A DNA stretch of 39,536 nucleotides, taken from Octopus bimaculoides (lineage: Eukaryota). Location of the stretch: assembly GCF_001194135.2 (NCBI RefSeq), contig NC_068997.1:25762205-25801740 (forward strand), given 5' to 3'. The notes below the pieces were generated by a model. It was given only the letters and a program-made list of their open reading frames with translations. It searched no databases and had not been told where the DNA came from. The translations under genes and the position numbers were made by a program. This document shows, piece after piece, positions 32,783 to 39,536 of the stretch (positions are counted from its first letter, which is position 1; every line of letters begins with the position of its first letter).

Positions 32783-33503
32783 NNNNNNNNNNNNNNNNNN
32801 NNNNNNNNNNNNNNNNNNNNNNNNNNNNNNNNNNNNNNNNNNNNNNNNNNNNNNNNNNNNNNNNNNNNNNNNNNNNNNNNNNNNNNNNNNNNNNNNNNNN
32901 NNNNNNNNNNNNNNNNNNNNNNNNNNNNNNNNNNNNNNNNNNNNNNNNNNNNNNNNNNNNNNNNNNNNNNNNNNNNNNNNNNNNNNNNNNNNNNNNNNNN
33001 NNNNNNNNNNNNNNNNNNNNNNNNNNNNNNNNNNNNNNNNNNNNNNNNNNNNNNNNNNNNNNNNNNNNNNNNNNNNNNNNNNNNNNNNNNNNNNNNNNNN
33101 NNNNNNNNNNNNNNNNNNNNNNNNNNNNNNNNNNNNNNNNNNNNNNNNNNNNNNNNNNNNNNNNNNNNNNNNNNNNNNNNNNNNNNNNNNNNNNNNNNNN
33201 NNNNNNNNNNNNNNNNNNNNNNNNNNNNNNNNNNNNNNNNNNNNNNNNNNNNNNNNNNNNNNNNNNNNNNNNNNNNNNNNNNNNNNNNNNNNNNNNNNNN
33301 NNNNNNNNNNNNNNNNNNNNNNNNNNNNNNNNNNNNNNNNNNNNNNNNNNNNNNNNNNNNNNNNNNNNNNNNNNNNNNNNNNNNNNNNNNNNNNNNNNNN
33401 NNNNNNNNNNNNNNNNNNNNNNNNNNNNNNNNNNNNNNNNNNNNNNNNNNNNNNNNNNNNNNNNNNNNNNATATACACACACACATGTGAATGTGTGTGT
33501 GCA

Positions 33504-33536
<33 letters not shown>

Positions 33537-33915
33537 ATTACGCTACTCCCGCCATCGCTGTTGTTCTTCGTCTCTATAGTTATTGTGTCTTTACAGCGCT
33601 CGCCGCTAAGATGATGTATTACAATCGTTAGTGCTGCTAAGAGAGCAGTGTTAATTCGTGTCAGGTCATTGCAGGTCTGTGGAGGTCACCTAGGTGTAGA
33701 GGTCGTTGTCTCTTTTCGCCGCTCGAGAAGACACAATCTATCTTCCCGTGATGCTGTTCCTACCTGCCTCTGCTTCCCTTCCTTCGGCTGAGTGCAATGT
33801 TTGAAAAGATGTATGTGCACGCGCGCGTGCGTGCGTGTGTTTAATTATGTGTATGTGTTTTTCTATGTATTTAAGTTCGTGAAGACAGTACTTCTTAGTT
33901 CTTTCTTTCCTGTAA

Positions 33916-33992
33916 TCTATCTATCTATCTATCTATCTCTGTCTGTCTATCTATCTATCTATCTATCTATCTATATCCGTCTATCTATCTAT
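33916..33992. repeat. (ATCT)n tetranucleotide microsatellite
   Basis: Direct reading. A (GATA)n run also occurs at 9351-9387 and (GGAT)n at 38767-38795. Confidence 0.93.
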
Positions 33993-34235
33993 GTCACGCT
34001 AGCTATATTTCTATACTTACATACATACAAACACATACGTAGAGATATAAGACCTGTATGTATCTTATATACATACATATCTTATATCTGCTAGTTTAAA
34101 AGACACAATCAAATTTCAACGCGCCCGCACACACACACACAAAGACACACACACACACACACACACACACAAATATATATATGTATGTATGTGTGTGTGT
34201 ATTCCATTTTGTCTTAGTCGTAGTACAAAACTGAC

Positions 34236-34339
34236 TGCCAGTTTCCCTCTCTCAAATTCCCTCATGAGGCGTTGGTCAGCCAGGGGTAAAACACCTGACC
34301 TCGATGCCGCTCAGCGGTACTGGACACGAAACCACCTGA
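34236..34339 (-). mobile_element. Very old SINE family A head fragment
   Basis: CAGTTTCC...CAAATTCCCTCATGAGGCGTTGGTCAGCC...GAAACCACCTG...GAGCTTCTT loosely matches 32375-32510. Confidence 0.45.
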
Positions 34340-35585
34340 TCGTAAAGTGAGCTTCTTGCGTCTGTTACCTATGCCATTTTTCTTAGATAGCTACCTGTTC
34401 TGTTAGATGAAAGCAGACACAGTAGATGAGCTAAAGTTCTAAAGGAATTAACGCTGTTGCAGAGCGGTTTTATAGTTTCATTTCACAGAAACTCTTGGCC
34501 CATTCGTTACGTCATAACGCATATTTTTAGGTACAAACTCATTGTACAGTTAGCATACACCTTACATACATATATGCATACATATAAGTAGACATACAAT
34601 TGCATGGTAACATACTGATGTACTAAATGGAACATGGTGAAATCAACTCTATTTATACAAAATTCGCAGGATGGAAAAAATTATTTTTTGTAATCAAAAT
34701 ACACCTTTGAAATTTCAGAAATAGCCACTGTAAGATAACATAAAAGAGATAAAAACGTAAAAAGAAGACGGAAATATATAAAAAAAAAAAAAACCCTAAA
34801 AGAATTGTAAAAGCAATAGTTTCCTGGATTTTTATGTGCGTGTAAAGTTAAATTGCATCTTAAACTTAATTACTGTGTTATCTGATAGCCGGACTCCCTG
34901 CGGAGTGCTTACTATGAGTTCTCTTTGATTCTCTGATTCTTTGTTAATACAAACATACATACATATATAAATGCGTTTGTGTATATGTTACGTAAATTCT
35001 ACACCTGGAACCTTGCCTGCGTTGACTCTGGAACTTATAGTGGATCGTGAAACTGCTTGTCGGCATGCATGTGTATAATTTCATATATAGGTGTACTTAT
35101 ATGAATGTGTATATTGATTAGGTCATGTGCATCTATATCTAAGTGCTAGGGCATGTCCGAATATACATCGATATATGCGTAAATATCTGTGCACGATATA
35201 TACATGGATATGCTAATGTCGACCCTGACTTGGTGTCCTGATTATTAAAATACCTTCATTCAAATGAACCCTACAAATAATTGATAATAATAATATGAAC
35301 ACGCGCACAGGAAAAAACCAGTCATGTTCCGAACTTCATTCGTTTACAGCTATTTCTGCTATAAGATGCAGTGACCGCATAGTTGAGTGCATGAAGTATC
35401 ATCTAGTTTGATTGGAGCCTCGAATATGAGGTGGCATAATATGAAGTTCATAACGTAATTGTTTTCCCTTTTCTTCCTCATTTGCTAATTATCGCTCTAT
35501 ACTCATCTAGCACTTCGTTCTGAAGTATAACATATATTGAGTTCTACACATTGTCATTAGTCTTGCAATGCCTAACTGAAAAAAG

Positions 35586-35712
35586 AACCACATGGTTCCG
35601 GGTTCAGTCCCACTGCGTGGCACCTTGGGCAAGTGTCTTCCACTATAGCCTCGGGCTGACCAAAGCCTTGTGAGTGGATGTGGTAGACGGAAACTGAAAG
35701 AAGCCCGTCGTA

Positions 35713-35765
<53 letters not shown>

Positions 35766-35902
35766 ATATGTTTGTGTGTCTGTGTTTGTCCCCACCCCCC
35801 CAACATCGCTTGACAACCAATGCTGGTGTGTTTACGTCCCCGTAACTTAGCGGTTCGGCAAGAGACCGATAGAATAAGTACTAGGCTTCCAAAGAATATG
35901 TC
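35586..35902 (+). mobile_element. SINE family A with an expanded internal (TA)n(TG)n tract, both ends truncated
   Basis: Head 35586-35710, microsatellite 35711-35785, 3' module 35786-35902. Confidence 0.9.
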
Positions 35903-36179
35903 ATGACTAATGTTTCAGTTGGTTGTTGTTGGTCTACTTTAACCGCAGGTCATCCTTGAGCAATTAGACCTCCCATATCAAAATTACTCCGGTCGTGGCC
36001 ATATCACTTTCCTCAATGCTATAATACCTCAATATTTTCGAGACGGCAGAATGTTATTGTGGGTAAATGCTCTACTATATTTAGCAGGTCGAGGGTTCAT
36101 GTTAAAGGGTCCCTTCTTGCTGTTTGTCATAGAGGTTAATCCTAAAACAGAAGACCTAATGGAAAATATTTGTTTCTAG

Positions 36180-36938
36180 ATTAGGTTACTAATACAAGCA
36201 GTGTTTGTGTGTATGCGTGTGAGTGTAGTTGTGTTGGTGAGGTAGTAGAAGTGGTGGGCATGGTAGTAGTGGTGATGGTGATAATAATTCTAATATGGAG
36301 GATGGTGGTGCAAAGAAGAACGACAGACATTACTACTGCTGATGAAAAAGAAGAGAAAGAGGGGGATAACGACGACGACGACGATGACGGAGGGTGGGGG
36401 ATGATGATCATCATCATCATAGCAATTGAGGTTTGAGGTGGTGCGATGAGACGGGATGATAATGAAGGCCATCTCGATGAGGTGATGATGATGATTATGA
36501 TGATGATGCTGATGGGACGGAGGAGGAGGAAAAGGAGAAGGGGCTGGCTATGCTGATAGCGTGATTAATGTGTGATGGTTGTAGCAAGTGTTGATGATGG
36601 TGATGATGATGATGATGATGATAATCATGATGACGACGACGACAACGTTGATCATGATGGTGGCGATGGCATGTTGATCGTCGTGTCAGCGGGGGCACTG
36701 GTGGTGGTGGTGGTGGTGGTGGTGGTGGTAGTAATAGTAAATGCTAAGACATGACGATGATGATGATGATGATACGACACAACGAAGACGAGCAGCGGTA
36801 TTTGTGACTATCGGAGGCAACAGTAGAGGTGGTGGTGGTGGTGGTGGTGGTGGTGGTAGTAATAGTAAATGCTAAGACATGACGATGATGATGATGATGA
36901 TACGACACAACGAAGACGAGCAGCGGTATTTGTGACTA
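36180..36938. repeat. (GAT/GAC/GGT)n low-complexity field ending in a 128-bp exact tandem duplication
   Basis: GTAATAGTAAATGCTAAGAC...TTTGTGACTA occurs at 36731-36810 and 36859-36938 (offset 128); the second copy runs into the gap. Confidence 0.85.
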
Positions 36939-37430
36939 NNNNNNNNNNNNNNNNNNNNNNNNNNNNNNNNNNNNNNNNNNNNNNNNNNNNNNNNNNNNNN
37001 NNNNNNNNNNNNNNNNNNNNNNNNNNNNNNNNNNNNNNNNNNNNNNNNNNNNNNNNNNNNNNNNNNNNNNNNNNNNNNNNNNNNNNNNNNNNNNNNNNNN
37101 NNNNNNNNNNNNNNNNNNNNNNNNNNNNNNNNNNNNNNNNNNNNNNNNNNNNNNNNNNNNNNNNNNNNNNNNNNNNNNNNNNNNNNNNNNNNNNNNNNNN
37201 NNNNNNNNNNNNNNNNNNNNNNNNNNNNNNNNNNNNNNNNNNNNNNNNNNNNNNNNNNNNNNNNNNNNNNNNNNNNNNNNNNNNNNNNNNNNNNNNNNNN
37301 NNNNNNNNNNNNNNNNNNNNNNNNNNNNNNNNNNNATATATATATATAATGCATATATATGTACTTTTATACAGCTTTACATGTCAATGCATATATTTGT
37401 ATGTCTCACTCTCTCCCGCTCTCTCTGCTG

Positions 37431-37515
<85 letters not shown>

Positions 37516-37870
37516 TACATACGCACATATATGTCTCTGTGTGTGAGAAGTTATATACGCGCATACACACACACATATATATATACGCACAGTTTCATGT
37601 AGTGGTTGATCATACCCGATGTGACGGTATTGTAAGCTCCCTATCACTGCTTTTGTACTGATCACAAGCGATAGTATCGAATCTATATAATATAGTTGAT
37701 CGCTCTTCCTCCACATGACCATATGTATACATAGATGAAGGCTGTCCACTCTTGACCAAGGAAGAACTTCACTGACCATCCAGAACACTATGCACTCATG
37801 CTAAATTACACTTTACACTCATAGATCTGCTGGTGACTATTGAGCTCCAGCTCTTGATTGACATACACTT

Positions 37871-37954
37871 CCGCTGGTGGGGTTCATATGATCCCTGAGT
37901 GTCCATATAAGATTCTTGGGGTCCACGGTACCAAATAGTAAATTGGGAACCCTC
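37871..37954. mobile_element. Possible hAT-type MITE fragment abutting the truncated mariner
   Basis: GGGGTTCATATGATCCCTGAGTGTCCATATAAGATTCTTGGGGTCCACGG contains repeated GG(G/T)GT(C/T)CA subterminal-like motifs. No TIR pair or TSD was found. Confidence 0.3.
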
Positions 37955-38468
37955 AAAATTCGTTGGCAGGAGCTCTAGGACACACCAGCCATATCAACAA
38001 GTTCATGAATTGTTCAGTGACGGTCCTCCAAGATCAGTTGATGAATTTTTCTGATGTTCCCATTCATTGGGAAGGTCGACGGTCGTTCTGAACGAGGTTG
38101 GCCTTCAAGTGACAAGTGACCATTCCTAAAGCGTAGAAACCGCTTGTAAACTTATGTTTTGCTCATCACAGCGTCTTTGTAAGCTGATTGAAGCATAACA
38201 ACTGTTTCGGCCGCCGTTTCCACCAGCAGAAAACAGAATTTTACGGAAGCACGCTGTTCGTTCGTTTCAGCCATCGCAAAAATCGACTAACAGGGAAGAA
38301 GCACTGCAAAACAAAGACACACCACGTGGCAGTACAACTTCACTCGACAACGTCGGTCGGCAGACTGATGCCTGAAGGTTGCATGAAGTGGCTTCTAGGA
38401 CCGGAAGCCCGAACTACAACGAGCTTGTCCCATAGAGAACGCTTCCGGTTACTTTTCGGAACCCCTCG
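37951..38468 (-). mobile_element. Second decayed mariner (irritans/Hsmar2-like TIR): 5' TIR plus 108 N-terminal codons
   Basis: From the ATG at 38274, a single frame reads MAETNEQRASVKFCFLLVETAAETVVMLQSAYKDAVMSKT*VYKRFLRFRNGHLSLEGQPRSERPSTFPMNGNIRKIHQLILEDRH*TIHELVDMAGVS*SSCQRILR. The minus-strand terminus is CGAGGGGTTCCGAAAAGTAACCGG (from 38468), with an adjacent TA at 38469-38470. Confidence 0.93.
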
Positions 38469-38931
38469 TATATATCTACATTATTTCTGTCTGCAAATGG
38501 ATGTATTTTGTTAAGAATTATGCATATTGCTTGTTTGCATGCAGAAAGAACCCACACGTATGAGATTCTGCTGTTGCTGTTGAACTATAACAAGCTTTTG
38601 ATGTTTAATAATAGCTTTAGCGAGATGTTTGGATTGGTAACCACGGTAACCATCCTAAGTCTTTATATTTGTGGCGACTTCGTGTGTGAATGTGCATGGC
38701 TTTGACTTACGTATGTCTTTATGACTGCATGTATATAGGCATAAATATATGTATAAATATGTGTACGGATGGATGGATGGATGGATGGATGGATGGAGAT
38801 CTCTTTGCCGTACGACCAGTCATTGTCTTTGACATTTATTATGGTGGCATCGAATTGTTTGTTTGGAATTGAAATAGCTTTGAATATATTAACGTTCTAC
38901 ACGGTATATATGATGCCTCTTATCCTGCTAT

Positions 38932-38935
<4 letters not shown>

Positions 38936-38987
<52 letters not shown>

Positions 38988-39482
38988 TTGCCTCTCTCTC
39001 TCGCTCTCTCTCTCTCATTCTCTCTTACACACTCTCTCTCTCTCTTTCCCTCCTTCTCACGCACACACCACACAGATATACACACCGTGTATGTGCGTGT
39101 GAGTGTGACCTATTTACATATATTCATCGTATTCGGGTCTAAAGAGGGTCTCAACAGAGGTCAAGAGATAATTTTGTCTCATCTCATCCATTTATCTATC
39201 TCTCGCTCTCTCACCAGTCTGTGCGTGTATACTCGTATTTATTTATACTTATCTATTTATACATATATGTACACATATGTGTGTATGTACACACGTACAC
39301 ACACACACACATATATTCTATATTTCTTTATATTAACAAACACACACATGCACACACACCCATAATTATGTATATATATATATATATCTTTCTTCCTATT
39401 TCTGTCATTATCTCTTTCTCTCTACAAAATATACATACATGCACATAAAGCATAGATATATGTGAGTATATATCTATATCTG

Positions 39483-39536
<54 letters not shown>
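38936..39536. repeat. (CT)n and (TA/CA)n microsatellites
   Basis: Direct reading. Confidence 0.9.

Noticed and set aside
34489-34530. 42-nt AG...GT segment
   Set aside because: Stops in phases 0 and 1 and a modest donor (gtacaa). It illustrates the decoy rate for the micro-exon hypothesis.

Overview
Eukaryotic, AT-rich, microsatellite-saturated genomic DNA from a gapped draft assembly (13 N-gaps, about 4.8 kb in total). The SINE families and repeat density look like an octopod cephalopod, probably Octopus; this is recognition from memory, not a database result. There is no long intact CDS: nearly all listed ORFs are microsatellite or N-gap artefacts. The window is dominated by several tRNA-derived SINE families (about 20 copies or fragments, labelled A-D here). 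It also holds two decayed R4/Dong-clade non-LTR retrotransposon fragments (one abutting an (AAT)n tract, the known Dong target), two decayed mariner transposases of different subfamilies (each with its 5' TIR), a hAT MITE with a perfect 8-bp TSD, a ~390-bp long-TIR foldback element and a 3x ~146-bp tandem repeat. One strong 42-nt + strand exon (29146-29187) and one good 24-nt candidate (16320-16343) suggest that at least part of the window is intronic to a + strand gene. Three weaker candidates extend these into a hypothetical phase-1 micro-exon chain. Several palindromes and inverted repeats, one with a mirrored point variant, are candidate hairpin or ADAR substrates.
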